Positions 1-12,534 of a stretch of DNA of 64,000 bases are shown one piece after another. The stretch lies in NCBI GenBank assembly GCA_964270895.1, contig OZ185436.1; one strand, 5' to 3'. Position numbers and translations under genes: made by a program. The stretch comes from Podarcis filfolensis. Its lineage: Eukaryota. The notes under the pieces are model-generated. The model saw only the letters and a list, made by a program, of their open reading frames with translations, did no database searches and was not told the origin of the DNA. Positions within the stretch are counted from its first letter, which is position 1. The number at the start of each line of letters is the position of its first letter.

Positions 1-2914
1 AAAGGAAATAGTGAAGAGGGGGCCTCTGAGGCTTCATGGATGTCAGGGAAAGGCCACAGGGATGCCACTGAGTTCATGGGCTGCACCATGGCAACCCCCT
101 TTTCTGAATTACTCTCAAGGCAAGCCCCTGCATAGAGTTAGAAGTGAATGCATTTACCAGTACCTGTTTTTGCTAACTAAAAAATGTGAAATATACTTCA
201 TCTATTCAGTTTTTTTTAAAAAAAAAATATAGACTAGTATAAACAAGAATGCTCTAGATCAGGCAAGTACTAAAATTGCTACAAGTGCAAAGATATTTTT
301 TGCCCATTTAAGCATTAGATTGACAGTACAGGCCTTCTCAGAGTTCAGTGGAACCTACTCCCAGGTCAAGTGTCAATCATATACTCACTTACCTGAAAGT
401 AAATACCATTGAACTATTTTAAACAGAAGTTATGGCTTTGGGACAGACTGAGGTTAGGAAGGAGCTGTTTCTTTTGGTGTGAAAGGACCTTGGCTTCTCG
501 TAAGCAGCTCAGATAACTTTATTTTATGGAGCGGCATAGAAATGTTGTGAATGATTAACTTGACACAAGTTAAGCACAACAACTCAAATAGGAGCACCTA
601 GGTTATAAGTCAATTAGCACAGAAGCTTGAGATTCATGCACAGCTATTAATTATTGTAAAATCCCACATATTCTACACTCTTGGGGAGAGAAAGACCCAC
701 CTCAGCTGTGTCCAACATAAAGTTTGAATCAAGTTGCCATTTTCTTTCCCAAAGGAGGTCCATTACCAACAGCATAGTATGCTGAAATCATACAGCTATG
801 CTATATCCATCACTGCATCTTGAAGCTGACAGAAGAGTTCCCTGTCTGTCGCACACCTGTTGAAGGCAGACCCCCTGTCAAACCCTCCACATGAACCACA
901 AGCACCCTCATTTCCCATAACTGGGTCTTGATATCCCAGGTTCAGTCCCACATAAGGAACACAGAGAAGCCTGGCTCTTGTTGTGAACAGCCTACTACGT
1001 AGTAGACTTCAAGGCCTTCTCAGCCACCTGCCTGCCTCAGTTACTGACTCCAGCATTTCTTAGCCTTTCTCCTCCCTCACAAGCAGCTGCATGTTTGTAA
1101 GTTTGAGTTTAGTCTATGAAATTGTTTTATTTAAACTACAACCACCCAGAAATTCCTGTGTAATTGCCGCACTGTACCACTGGAAAAAAAAATAAAGTCC
1201 CTTCTAAGGGTAAACTGAGAGAGCACCTGCTAGTGCATTGTCTGTCTCTGTGTCTTCACTGTACACACAATCCTGCTAGGGGCTGTCTTTTTCCAACTAA
1301 TGCCAGGGCTGTGAATAATGCTGGTCCATCTTTATACAATATAGATATAATTTGGAAAGTGGCCTGAGATAGGAAGGGGGACACAACTATGCCATGATTT
1401 TATACCTGCTTTAAAACCAATTTAAGCCCTCCGCTTTGGAACTGGGAGGAAACCCTGTCAATTAAGCCTAATATGAGGCCAGTATAATATGTTAGAGTAG
1501 ACATGTCTTGTTTTCTCTTCCACCTTCCACTCCCCACCGTCAAGGCCCTACATAAAATTCCTGTTTCAGCCTGGGGAAGAGGTCCTGTTGCACAATCTTG
1601 CATTCTTCAAGCAAGAAACCTAACTTACTGATGTCCTCAAGATGCACAACATGGCCACCTAGAGAGTACACACATGTTCACTGATTCCTTATCTAATTTA
1701 TGGCATGTTTGGGGAACCTATGGCCTTCCGGCAGTAGTTACTAGATCAGGAAGCCCAACCAGTCAACTAATAGCAGCAACCAGAATCTTGTCATTTTGTG
1801 CTTTACAATTTACAACAGCTTTCTTGCCTCCGTATTTGTATACTAGCTCGTGGCACTGCAAGAGGAACAAGGAGATGCAATTTCATGTCCCACCACATAC
1901 CCTCCCCAGAAATGTATCCTTAGCAGAACCTCTGCTAGGGAATTCTGTTACAATTTGCAGGAGAAAATGGTTTTCCAGATTAGAGATGACAGGAAAGTGG
2001 AACAAGCTATCATGGTAAAGCTGAGGTCAAAAACACACAAGCATTTTGAAGCACTTTAATGATCACTTGGGAATCATACCCAACTTCAGTTAATGCACAT
2101 AAAAAGTTATGCTTTGTTTTAAATAGCACCACGCCAGCAAATGCAGAAAACATTACCCCAGTTAAGTTCCCCAAATGCTCGTCCATTCAGCCCTGTGACT
2201 ACTCAACTGCAATGCCACCATGAGCTTAGAAAATATGATGAAAGGTAGGCATGACAGAGTCATAAAATACATTGCATGGGGGAAAATGAAGGTTTTTCTT
2301 TCACTCATAACACTAGAACATGGAGTCATGCAATTAGACTCATAACACACAAAATAAAAAATATTTCACAAGCATGCAATTAATTTATGGAATTTGCTGG
2401 CACAATAATTGAATGGTCACTGTCTTAGGCAGCATTCAAATGGGATTTAGCCAATTCATGAATGATAAATCTACCAACAACTATTAGCCATTGTACCTTT
2501 TGGAATCACAGAAGCAACATGCCTCTGATGATCAGTAACAGAGGGACAAACACCGAAGAAGGGCTGCTATCTTTAGTTTCTGCCATGCCTGTGGAATTCT
2601 TTGAAGCATCTCTTGGGCCATTGGACGAAACATAATACTGGACTAATGGGCCTCATCTGATTCAGCAAGGCTTTTTGATGTTCTCAATGGTGACAAAAGA
2701 GACATTTCAATGCAAGTAGGCAAGCTTAAAATATGAAATATGTACAACTATATGGGGGGAATGGAGGGCTGGAAGGTTATATATTTCAAGGCAGAATACA
2801 TCTGTTCTCAGGTGACGCAGGAAATAGAAGACGGTATAAACGCAACTGTAAATCCACCTTCATACCTGGTCCTTAACTGATTTTCAAAAGGTGGTACAGG
2901 TGCATTTAAAACTA

Positions 2915-3122
2915 CAGTGGTACCTCGGGTTACATATGCTTCAGGTTACACACTCCGCTAACCCAGAAATAGTGCATCAGGTTAAGAACTTTGCTTCAGG
3001 ATAAGAACAGAAATCGGGCTCCGGCGGCGCAGCAGCAGCAAGAGGTGCTTCAGGTTAAGAACAGTTTCAGGTTAAGAATGGACCTCCGGAACGAATTAAG
3101 TACTTAATCCGAGGTACCACTG
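2915..3122 (+). mobile_element. Tc1/mariner (Tigger/pogo-like) MITE, family A
   Basis: TIRs CAGTGGTACCTC...GAGGTACCACTG; TA on both sides. Confidence 0.9.
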
Positions 3123-5042
3123 TATTCTATATAACAGGAGGCTCAAAAGCCCTCTGAGCAATACATGTCACATCTATCCCAACCAATGATGCAAGTGTTG
3201 CCAGACCCGTCATGTCATCCAGCTGCATACAGTTGTGTAAGCTAGTAAATATTTTATATATCTCTACAAAGCTAAGTTAATCTCTTTGTTCTGCACAAAA
3301 CAGAAGGCTGGAAATAATCCATTCGCAGTGTCAAATATCACCAGAAAAGTTTTCTTTTCCAGGTTTCACAACCAAAATGACAAGTTTAAGACCTTTATGC
3401 AATGTGTGACAGCCTGCAGTTGCATTTAATGAAGCACAAATGGTGTTGGATTTTTAATTCCCACAGAAATATCTTCACCAGCTTCAACCCACCAAATTGT
3501 TTTGCCTTTGTTTCTAGATACCATATTATTTCTGTTTAGCAAAGCCCAACAAGGGAGTCTTATTATAGAAATTGTACAATGAGTTCTTCTGTGAGAAACC
3601 CTGCTATGTCAAACTGTAGATTTTCCTAAGATTTGTACATTGTTGTTATTAGATATGACACAGATGGGATGTGAACTTACTGTTTCCATGCTTTGAAAAT
3701 AAGCAACAGCGCCAGCAGTCCCTGGATTCATTTACAACTTGAGGTGCTGCTCCACTGGGGAAATTGCAGCGAAAAAGGAAGCACCAAAATACACTCAGTT
3801 AAAAGCCCCCAGAGCCATTCTCAAATCTGAAGGGAAATGTGCCGAAAACTGGCTTAGGCAAATCTGGGAGGTTGGGTGTGGAAATGTCTTCATGTGGGGT
3901 TAAAGAAGACGACGAAAGAAGGATGATAAATAACTGCATTTCCTCAATAACATATATTTTATATTGTTTTGTTGTTGTTCAACATGCAGCTTGCCTGACC
4001 CAAGGAATACTTAGTCAGAAGTTAGAAACACAGCATTCAAAGGGTCCAGTCTGAAACATTACCTAGGAAGTAAATCTCATTACACTGGATTCAACTAAAT
4101 TGTCATATGCATTGAATGAGGTCACCTTGTACAACAGGCCTTTCCCCTCCTCCCCAACACCTCCAAGACAGATTTGGGGAAGTCTCATCGCAGGAAAACC
4201 GTGTTCTATACACAGATACCCCACCTAGCACTGAATTCCACTCACTGTATTTAGTGGTACTTCTAACCAAGCATGCTTAGAATTGCACAGATGCAATCCT
4301 AAGCATACTTACCCAAACAGAAACAAATACCACCATGGATTTGTATCCAATTCTACTTTGAATAAGAACCACTGGAATTAATGCACTTAAACTGTCAAAT
4401 CTGTTAATTTCAAGGAGTCTGCTCTAACATTAGACGCAACCCATAAACTATTTCCAAATAACCATGGTTAGGATGCAAGGGTCCAATTCTGTGCACACTT
4501 AATTTGCAATACATACTATTTTATTAATTCTGAGAGTTGTAACTTCAAAAAATAATAGTCCCCTCAAGCAACAGTAGACACTGGATTCAAGACAGGACAT
4601 TATTCCTACACTTTTTAATAGCTCTGTAGAAATGGCAATCATTGCAGGTTTTCCAGCTCATCCCCTGTTCAGCCCATTTTCGATTATCACTTCCATATAA
4701 GAATTGCATCCTTTAGGCAAAACTGCATATAAGCTTCATCCCATATTGAATATAGCAGCCGTAATGGTCCGTGACTCCACCCATCCAGGACTATGGATGT
4801 CCGGCCACTCGCTCTGAAGAAGCTTGGTGTGGCAGGAGGAGTGTCTGAATTCCCTGGCAGGTAAGGAAATAAATAGCCTGTAGCCAGAAGCAACCTCGTG
4901 TGTATTATGGGCATCATGTCATCAAATCTTATGACTTCTGTAACATTTCCCCAATCCTTGTACAAAATCCTTGTACAAAAAGTTCATATTAATACACAGA
5001 TAGATAGATAGATAGATATGCCTGTTGTCTTTGTTCATGGAG

Positions 5043-5083
5043 TCTGGTCCATGGGGTCACAGAGTCGGGCATGACTAAACAAC
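5043..5083 (+). mobile_element. Bov-B (RTE) LINE 3' tail remnant between (GATA)n and (TA)n microsatellites
   Basis: gtccatggggtcacagagtcgggcatgactaaacaac resembles the Bov-B 3' end. Confidence 0.65.
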
Positions 5084-5109
5084 TATATATATATATATAT
5101 ATATGAATG

Positions 5110-5480
5110 ATCCATTATACCGACACCAACACAGACAACACTCACAAAACAAACACAACAAGATACTACAACTACAAATGCAAAGCAGGTGTTACAGATA
5201 CTGTACATCCCTAATTCTTATTCATTTCTATTTGACTTCCTTCATCCTCAACACAGGACAGGTCCGGTTGTATACTTAGTAAACTGTTTCTTTCTCAATT
5301 CCTCTTCTCTATTTTGCTCTTTATCTTACATTCTTACACCATAATTTGTTTTGCGGAAATTAGTCAAGACAAGTCCAGTATTAATCTGAATGCAGTTTTT
5401 TCAGATACTCACTATATTTTCCCCATTCTTCTTGAAATGTATGTTTGGATTGATCTCTAATTGCCTCTGTCAATTTAGAT
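5110..5480 (-). mobile_element. Older L1 3' fragment
   Basis: Minus strand reads KLTEAIRDQSKHTFQEEWGKYSEYLKKL, homologous to the C-terminus of the L1 ORF2 copies elsewhere in the window. Confidence 0.6.
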
Positions 5481-5531
5481 TATTACGTATATTTTTAATA
5501 CCCCGCCTTTCGCCCTGACGGGACGCAAGAC

Positions 5532-5610
5532 CATAGGCGTAGCCAAGGGGGGGCAGGGGGCAAATAACTCAATAAAAATACTCAATTGAGGCTCTTCCCA
5601 TCCCCCAACA
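5532..5610. mobile_element. Small TIR element (MITE remnant)
   Basis: cataggcgtagccaag ... ctggctacgtccatg inverted ends. Confidence 0.55.
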
Positions 5611-5689
5611 TAAATCCTGGCTACGTCCATGTTCAAGGCAGCTTTTTCTAGAACTAAATGTAATAAAAAGTCCGATTACAGATGCCGTA

Positions 5690-6230
5690 TCCCTTTCTAA
5701 TTCTAAGAGCGCCGCCCCGATGCAGGACGGCTTTGCCTTTTGCAGCACCCATTTCCCCTTTAGCCACGCGCTCCGGGAGGGGCGCGAGCACTTATTAGCC
5801 CCGCCCCGCAAAAGGGGCAGCCGCAGTGTCGGAAGCTTTAAAAAAAAACAGGAGGGGGAGCTTTTTCCTTGTTTTGCTCCCGCGCCTTAATTAAAAACGT
5901 CATTTCCGTTCCCTTCCGGAAATCACTGAGATAGGAACCAAATTTGAATCCGGCAACCAAGTGAGGCTTGAAGTGGAAACCAAGAGGTTCATCGTTGGGC
6001 CTGATAGCGGCGGCTGCGGGGAGAGAGCGCTCCTTCCAGGGAAGCTTCCCGGGTTCAGGGCGGGGGAAGGAAGCTGGAGGACAAGAGCTCGAGACGGGCG
6101 GGGAAGCTTCGCGGGTCACCTCGAGAGAAGTCTCTCCCTGGAGCTGGGCGAGAGGACTGGCCCGTGGGCTCCCTCTTTCTCTTTCTCTTTGGTCACGGCT
6201 GCCAGCCTTTTATAGGCAGAGGCTCTGTGA
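5690..6230. promoter_or_regulatory. CpG-island promoter and non-coding first exon of TRAIP
   Basis: CpG-rich; GC box ccccgcccc at about 5800; E2F-like ggcgcga/tcccgcgc; ETS ttccggaaat at about 5914; CHR-like TTTGAA at 5943-5948; candidate donors AA|gtgagg (5961) and CT|gtgagt (6227). Confidence 0.8.
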
Positions 6231-6418
6231 GTTTGGGAAGCTGCCTAACTGTACATTTTTATTCTTCTTCTGTTCAGCCCCCGCAACCAAAGCTTCTTTC
6301 CCCACCCCTTAGGCTCGTGAGGCTGGTGATTTTGGAGACACTGCCTAGCCCAAGGTAGAGATTTAAAGGAGGGGTTCTTAACCTGTGGACTTCAGCAGGT
6401 TTGTGGAGTTGGGGGGGA

Positions 6419-6451
<33 letters not shown>

Positions 6452-6452
6452 T
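6419..6452 (+). repeat. (TTA)n microsatellite
   Basis: Seen directly. Confidence 0.95.
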
Positions 6453-6590
6453 ATTTACCCTCTTCATTTCCTTCCTGTTGTTTTGAAAACGGTCTTCAGA
6501 GAAGGGGAATCTGAGGAAGAGTTTGCAGCTTTCATCAAATTCTGAAAGCGGTCTGTGCTTGTTGAATCCTCCTTTTGATAAGGGGCAGTA

Positions 6591-7303
6591 CAGTGGTACC
6601 TCAGGTTACATACACTTCAGGTTACAGACTCCCAGAAATAGTACCTCGGGTTAAGAACTTTGCTTCAGGATGAGAACAGAAATTACGCGGCAGTGGAGTG
6701 GCAGCCCCATTAGCTAAAGTGGTACCTCAGGTTAAGAACAGTTTCAGGTTAAGAACGGACCTGCAGTGGACTATATGGAATTGGCGGAAATGACTGGCAG
6801 AATCCGAGACTTGGGAGAAGAGGTGATGGAGGAAGACTGGAAGAAATTTAAAGACTATCTTCAGAAATATTGTAAAATTAATGAATGTTAAAATTATGTT
6901 CGGATTGGCAATAAGTGGTATTCAGCAACAAAAGTTAATAAGAATATGCAAAAATGAATTGATAAATGGATGAAAAGATAGAGTCATAATATGTTAGGAT
7001 ATAGAGTTAAGATAAATGAAAGAGGGTAAGGATTTGCTGAATTGATTATGTAAATGGGAATGCAAAAAGGGGAGGTGTGAGGAGGTCAAGGAAACAAGCA
7101 AATGAGCTTAAAAATATCAAAAAATGGATTTGTTTTTTGTATTTTCCTTTTTTTCTTTTTTATGTATTTTTGAATTTTTCTTTTTCTTGGTTTTTCTTTT
7201 ATTCTGTGAACCTTTGTTTTTGTAAAACTCTAATAAATATCTTATAAAAAAAAAAAGAACGGACCTGCAGAACGAATTAAGTTCTTAACCCGAGGTACCA
7301 CTG
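6591..7303 (+). mobile_element. Family A MITE interrupted by an L1 3' fragment
   Basis: Both TIRs and TA TSD present; the internal 16-bp sequence aagaacggacctgcag is duplicated around the L1. Confidence 0.9.
6767..7254 (+). mobile_element. 5'-truncated L1 (ORF2 C-terminus, 3'UTR, poly(A))
   Basis: Encodes DYMELAEMTGRIRDLGEEVMEEDWKKFKDYLQKYCKINEC*; AATAAA and poly(A); TSD at 6751-6766 and 7255-7270. Confidence 0.92.
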
Positions 7304-7786
7304 TACTTTGTCCTAATGTTTTGCTAATACTTTGTTTGCAATGAATATCTGACCTATATCTTGCTGGCTAGTGGTAGTTGACGTACTGAACATCCCATAT
7401 TACAGCTGGTGTTGCCCAGTTAAGTAACTGGCTGTGACAATGAAAGAGCTTCGGAGGGGAGTGTAAGGTGTTTTCACTGGCTGTTTGGGACTATAGAGCA
7501 AAACCAGAAATGCAGGAAGGAATGCTTTCCCCTCTGGATTTGCTGCTGTTATTTTTGTCTAAGTTTTCAGTAACCTGGAATGTAGTGCAGGGCACAGAGA
7601 GATCATCAAGTGCAAATTCAGTTCTTCAGTGTACGGGTGGGGAAAGGGAAGCAGCATTCAGGATATGCCCTTGTGGCTGTTTTCTTATTGGGCAGAACCT
7701 CTTTTAAGTTTGGTGTTTCTTTTTGCAGAGAGGCTGTTCCACATCTGAGTTTTTGCATCTTTTCCTTGATTTTGCAGTTGTAAAGG

Positions 7787-7884
7787 ATGCCTATCCGTGC
7801 CCATTGTACCATCTGCTCAGATTTCTTTGATAATGAGAGGGATGTGGCAGCTATTCACTGTGGACATACTTTCCACCATTTATG
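7787..7884 (+). CDS. TRAIP: TRAIP coding exon 1 (MPIRAHCTICSDFFDNERDVAAIHCGHTFHHLC, RING N-half)
   Basis: 98 nt; RING Cys/His pattern; donor TG|gtgagt at 7885; acceptor tttgcag| at 7777, 9 nt before the ATG. Confidence 0.97.
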
Positions 7885-8690
7885 GTGAGTACTGTATAAA
7901 CAAATGGCAAAATTGGTGGAGGAAAGTTATTTAAGAACCTAAGCAACTCTCTTTTTTTTTTTTACACATCAACTTTTCATTACGTCTTATTTGTGAAATA
8001 ATACTTGGAAACATCTTATTTTTTACTATTTATTCATTAAGAGCATTTTTAACCTGCCCTTGTTCAAATGATTCCAAGGCAGGTTACAAAGGGAGCAAAA
8101 ATAAGAGTAAGTGTAAGTAAAATATACAGAATTTGAAAAATCCAACATGAAAACACAATGAGTTATAACAATGAGCAAACATCTGGGCAAATAGAAGTTT
8201 CTAGCTGGCTCCCAATTGTCAGCAATATTGGTGCCTGCCATACTTCAGAGGAGTAGGCTATTCTATAACAGGGGCACCTCCACAAAGGGTGCCATATCTC
8301 ATGCCACTGCAGGATGGTGAGACAATGAAAAGGGCTTGTTCCTCCATATCTAAGGGTCCAGGCAGGCTGATATTATAGTTGTAGGTACAATAGAAAAAAG
8401 CATTAAGGCAAGTTTTTGTTGTTGGCTGGTGTCTTTGTGGTTTAGGGGGGGGGATGGATATGTTGATCATCAAAAAACTGCAGTTATAGAAACTGTGCTG
8501 GTTAGGAGTAGGACAATAATTTTTCTCTGCCTGATAAAATAGGTCTGTAACTCATTTCCTCAGTTTGTTGTGTCCTGCTTTTCCTTCTGTGTCACGGATG
8601 CCTGTCAAAATATTTGAGGACTGAAGGACCAGGTTCACAGTGGTACTGAGCCATTTCTAGCCTAATGCACTGTGTGCATATTTTGTGCTA

Positions 8691-8902
8691 CAGTGGTGCC
8701 TCGGGTTACAGATGCTTCAGGTTACAGACTCTGCTAACCCAGAAATAGAACATCGGGTTAAGAACCTTGCTTCATGATTAGAACAGAAATCGCGCAGCAA
8801 CAGGAGGCCCCATTAGCTAAAGTAGTACCTCAGGTTAAGAACAGTTTCAGGTTAAGAACGGACCTCCAGAATGAATTAAGTTCTTAACTCGAGGTACCAC
8901 TG
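8691..8902 (+). mobile_element. Family A MITE
   Basis: TIRs, TA TSD and the same internal sequence. Confidence 0.9.
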
Positions 8903-10363
8903 TATTTCCTATATTGAAGATATGTCCAAATGAGTGTTTCAAGACAAACTCTATATATTCCTAAGACATATCCATATCCTATTCATTTATCACGATTTGT
9001 ATCACTTTATAATCATATCACAAGCGAGCCTGCATGCCTTGTACCACTCATTGTCTACCAAGCTAAATACTGTCCCAGTGGCAACGGCAATAATACTTTA
9101 GATGTTCAGCACTGTGATGTTGCAAACTGAAATTTCAGCAAAACTGCTTTATTTTAAATGGGAGTTGAAATGTGTGAAACTTGCATGGAAATAAATCTCA
9201 GGGTAGTAAGTGTGCACAGGATTGCAGCCCTGTGTATTACAGGGTGTTGGCCCTGTGGCAGAATTAATTCTAAAACTGTCTGTCTCAAGACTAGATGAGT
9301 TTTGTTTGTAACTGATAATACCTGCGTGTAGTGAGGTGAGCATATTCTCCAGAGAATATTCTCTACAAACTGTAAATTCTAATGTAAGAACCAATTTTAC
9401 AACCCACATTTAAAAAACATAGTAAATAATAAGTCAGGCTATGATAGTGCCAGTGTAAGTAATGAATAATGATTTTTTTGAACCAGTTACATTACTGGGC
9501 ATTGTGTCATTCACCATTGACAGTTCTGAAATGTGAGCTACAGAAAACATTTTTAAAACAAAATGCTATTCATTTAATTTGATGAACATTTGAATTCATT
9601 TGTATTTCAACTACTGTATATGTAATAGCCTTTTTTCTATTTTGGTGTGACCTTATTTTTAGCAATTCTATACCCTTGGCCATACAGTGTGATTATTTTT
9701 TTTTACAGAAAGTAGCTTTAATGCTTTATACACTTAAAGTATCTAGGCCTATACAATAATGTGTAACAGCATGTGAGGTGGCCTTGATTTAAACAGTTAA
9801 CATTTGTATATTTTTATTTAAAAAACTGGTTTTTGCAGTGCTATTCAATGGTACAAGGTGTCATTTACCTGAGACTGACATACTGAAATATATTATCATA
9901 TAATGATAATACATTTAATGTTAATGGCTTCTTTTTTATATGCATGCATATAGATTTGTTTATCAAGCTATGTTTTAGTCACCAACACAGTTATTAAGTG
10001 TTAGAGCTATTAGAAGCACAAGATAGCCTATTACTGAATTTACTTGTATCAAACCTTAACATGCCAATTTTCAATTTCAAGTTTGGTGCAAAAAATCAAA
10101 GAATGTGAATTCACTGCATTGCCCCATTGAATAAAAGTATCTGTACAGTTTCTGGTTGCCATCTGTACAAGTTTACCCATGAATAAACATGTATGTTAAC
10201 TAATTATATCATTTTCAATGCATTAAAATGAATATTCTCCTATTTTAAATGAGAATTCTCTAATATTCTCATTAATTGAGAATATTCTCGAGAATTTAAC
10301 ATCACTACCTGTGTTAAGAAGCACCATTTGTCAACAATCACTTTGTCATCTCTTCCCCTCTAG

Positions 10364-10421
10364 CCTCATCCAGTGGTTTGACACAGCACCTAGTCGGACT
10401 TGTCCACAATGCAGAATCCAG
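10364..10421 (+). CDS. TRAIP: TRAIP coding exon 2 (LIQWFDTAPSRTCPQCRIQ, RING C-half)
   Basis: 58 nt; ctctag| and |gtgagt; phase 2 to 0. Confidence 0.97.
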
Positions 10422-12450
10422 GTGAGTCTTCAGCCTATGCTCACTGAAATAATCTGTCATATTTCATCGTCTTTACCATATGAGTACTTTGCCTTCCAAG
10501 GCTGAGGAGTTCTGTTTCAGTAACGACCTGTCCAGACTGGGTGGAGGGGTGTGGTCAGAAGAGAACGAAAGACTACCCAAATGAGAGAAGGTAACTTTGG
10601 AGAAGGGGCCCATCAACCTTGCTTCCTTGAAGCATAAGGTCATGGAATTACTATAAAGGTTTTATGGGGGGGGGGGCACTCCTGCGCTCTCTCTCTCTCT
10701 ATATATGCTATTGGATTGAATCTTACCATTGCTTTGCTTTTACCAAAGCTTAGCATGTACTGGGAAGTGTCTGCTAGATCATATCTCTTCAGTTAGAAGG
10801 TTCATTGCTTTCACTTTAAGTACTGTAAGTTCAGCATTCAACTGATTTAGAATTCATCTTTTATTGGCAGAGGATTTTGATGGCCTCAGCACAGAGGTCC
10901 AAATCTGGAGAAAGTTGATTATGTTTGGGGCCCACTAAAATCAATAGGACAAGTTAGCTGTGATTGGTTGATTGATTGATTTTCAGTTAATTTCAGTGAG
11001 ATTTATTTATCTGTTTTAGAATATTTTAATCTGACTTTATAGCATTGAGACACTCTCAAAGCAGCTTAGAAAATATTCTCGCAATAAAAATCACATTCAG
11101 GTCTGGTATCAGGATTAGAAATAACACGGTGTCTCCATGGTGCCAGGGTTATTCGGGTGGCATTTCCTGCTCTGATCCTTGGTGTTGCTCTTTGGTTTTT
11201 GCCTACTAAGCAGCAGCTTCCATTTATGTCCTCTGGGAGTGCGACTAAGCAGCTGGACCTCAATGAGCCCATGATAGAGGAAGGTCTTCCATTGCAGATA
11301 GTCTTGAGTATGAGTAGCTTTCTTCAGCTTCTTCTTCAGAGCCCCTTCTCTTTGAAATTACTAAATCTAAGCCACTAGTTAGCTAGCTGTACAAGTAGCT
11401 GCAGTTAGTTTTTGACTTCTGTTTCTTGAACATCCCTTTGTGGATAATGGAAATAGGAATGGGGATGCTGCAGATACAAGGAAAAATCAAAAGTCCTGCC
11501 GCGTATACATGAGCTGTTATATGTAAATGAGCTTTTGGGATGGTGGCCATAAGTGTGGTGTACCCTGTTAATATGGCAATAATTAGAGTCGAGACCTTTG
11601 GTATTTGGCTGTTACAATGTTATTTATTAGCTTCAAAGGAACACCAGTGTGCAGGTGCCAAGCTGCATGTTGCCTTCTTATTTGTCTTTTTCAGTCCTTG
11701 CCAGGTCTTAGCCCTTGTTGCTCTTCTGACTTGTTGATTCCCTCTGTTCTTTGCCGCCTCTCGCATCTTTGGGTTACCATGGAGCTATCGTGAAATAACA
11801 TCTTATGTAGCTGTAACTATGCAATTAGCTGGTGTCATGACTGTATATAATACTTAAAACACAAAGCGGTAGCTGCATGGGGGAGGTGGAGAGAGCTATG
11901 AAATTCAATTTCAGTAATATTTTTTTCCTCATAAAGCAAGCAGCACGTACTTGGATTTGGCACAGCGTGAGCTTAGCCTCAGCTGCTGAGCTAAAGCTGC
12001 CAGAGAACAAATTGCACTTGGTTCCAAGGTGCTTGAATTGTTTTGTCAAAATTCCAAAATTTTGTGCTGGAATAATGGCTCCACACTTGGAAAGTCTGTT
12101 ACTGGAATTCTGAGCCAAAGAATTTCATAGCGGCAGTAGCGATGTGAAGTGCATCATATGCCACATTGCAATATGCTAGACAGGTCACATTAATATCCCT
12201 GATGCTGTGCCTGATGCCCAACAGAACTGTCTTTCCTCCAAGCCCTGTGCTATAGAATATGGTTTCTAGTAAACACAAGCAATCATCCTGATTCAAGGTC
12301 AAGGGGTGTGTGGGTGTGGGTGTATTAGATTAGATGTGTCTTCTGAAATCTCAATATTTATATTGTCTTGAAACATCATTTCCCATCTTATTGCAACAGG
12401 CACCTCCTTTTTCACAGTCATGTCCTTATTCTTTCACATGTTACGTGTAG

Positions 12451-12534
12451 GTTGGCAAAAGACACATAATCAACAAACTGTTCTTTGATGTTGCCCTGGA
12501 GGAACAGACAGGACTGGATGCAGAAAGTCTACAG
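12451..12534 (+). CDS. TRAIP: TRAIP coding exon 3 (VGKRHIINKLFFDVALEEQTGLDAESLQ)
   Basis: 84 nt; gtgtag| and |gtatgt. Confidence 0.96.

Noticed and set aside
4716-4866. Strong + strand donor CAG|GTAAGG at 4861
   Set aside because: No long open frame from a nearby acceptor, and it lies upstream of the TRAIP CpG island. The same bases form the minus-strand acceptor used in the first finding.
5687-7777. Possible U12 5'UTR intron: GTATCCCTT at 5687 with a TTTTCCTTGAT branch-like site at 7760-7770
   Set aside because: The donor deviates at +7 and lies upstream of the core promoter motifs. The putative branch A is only 8 nt from the AG and is better read as a U2 pyrimidine tract.
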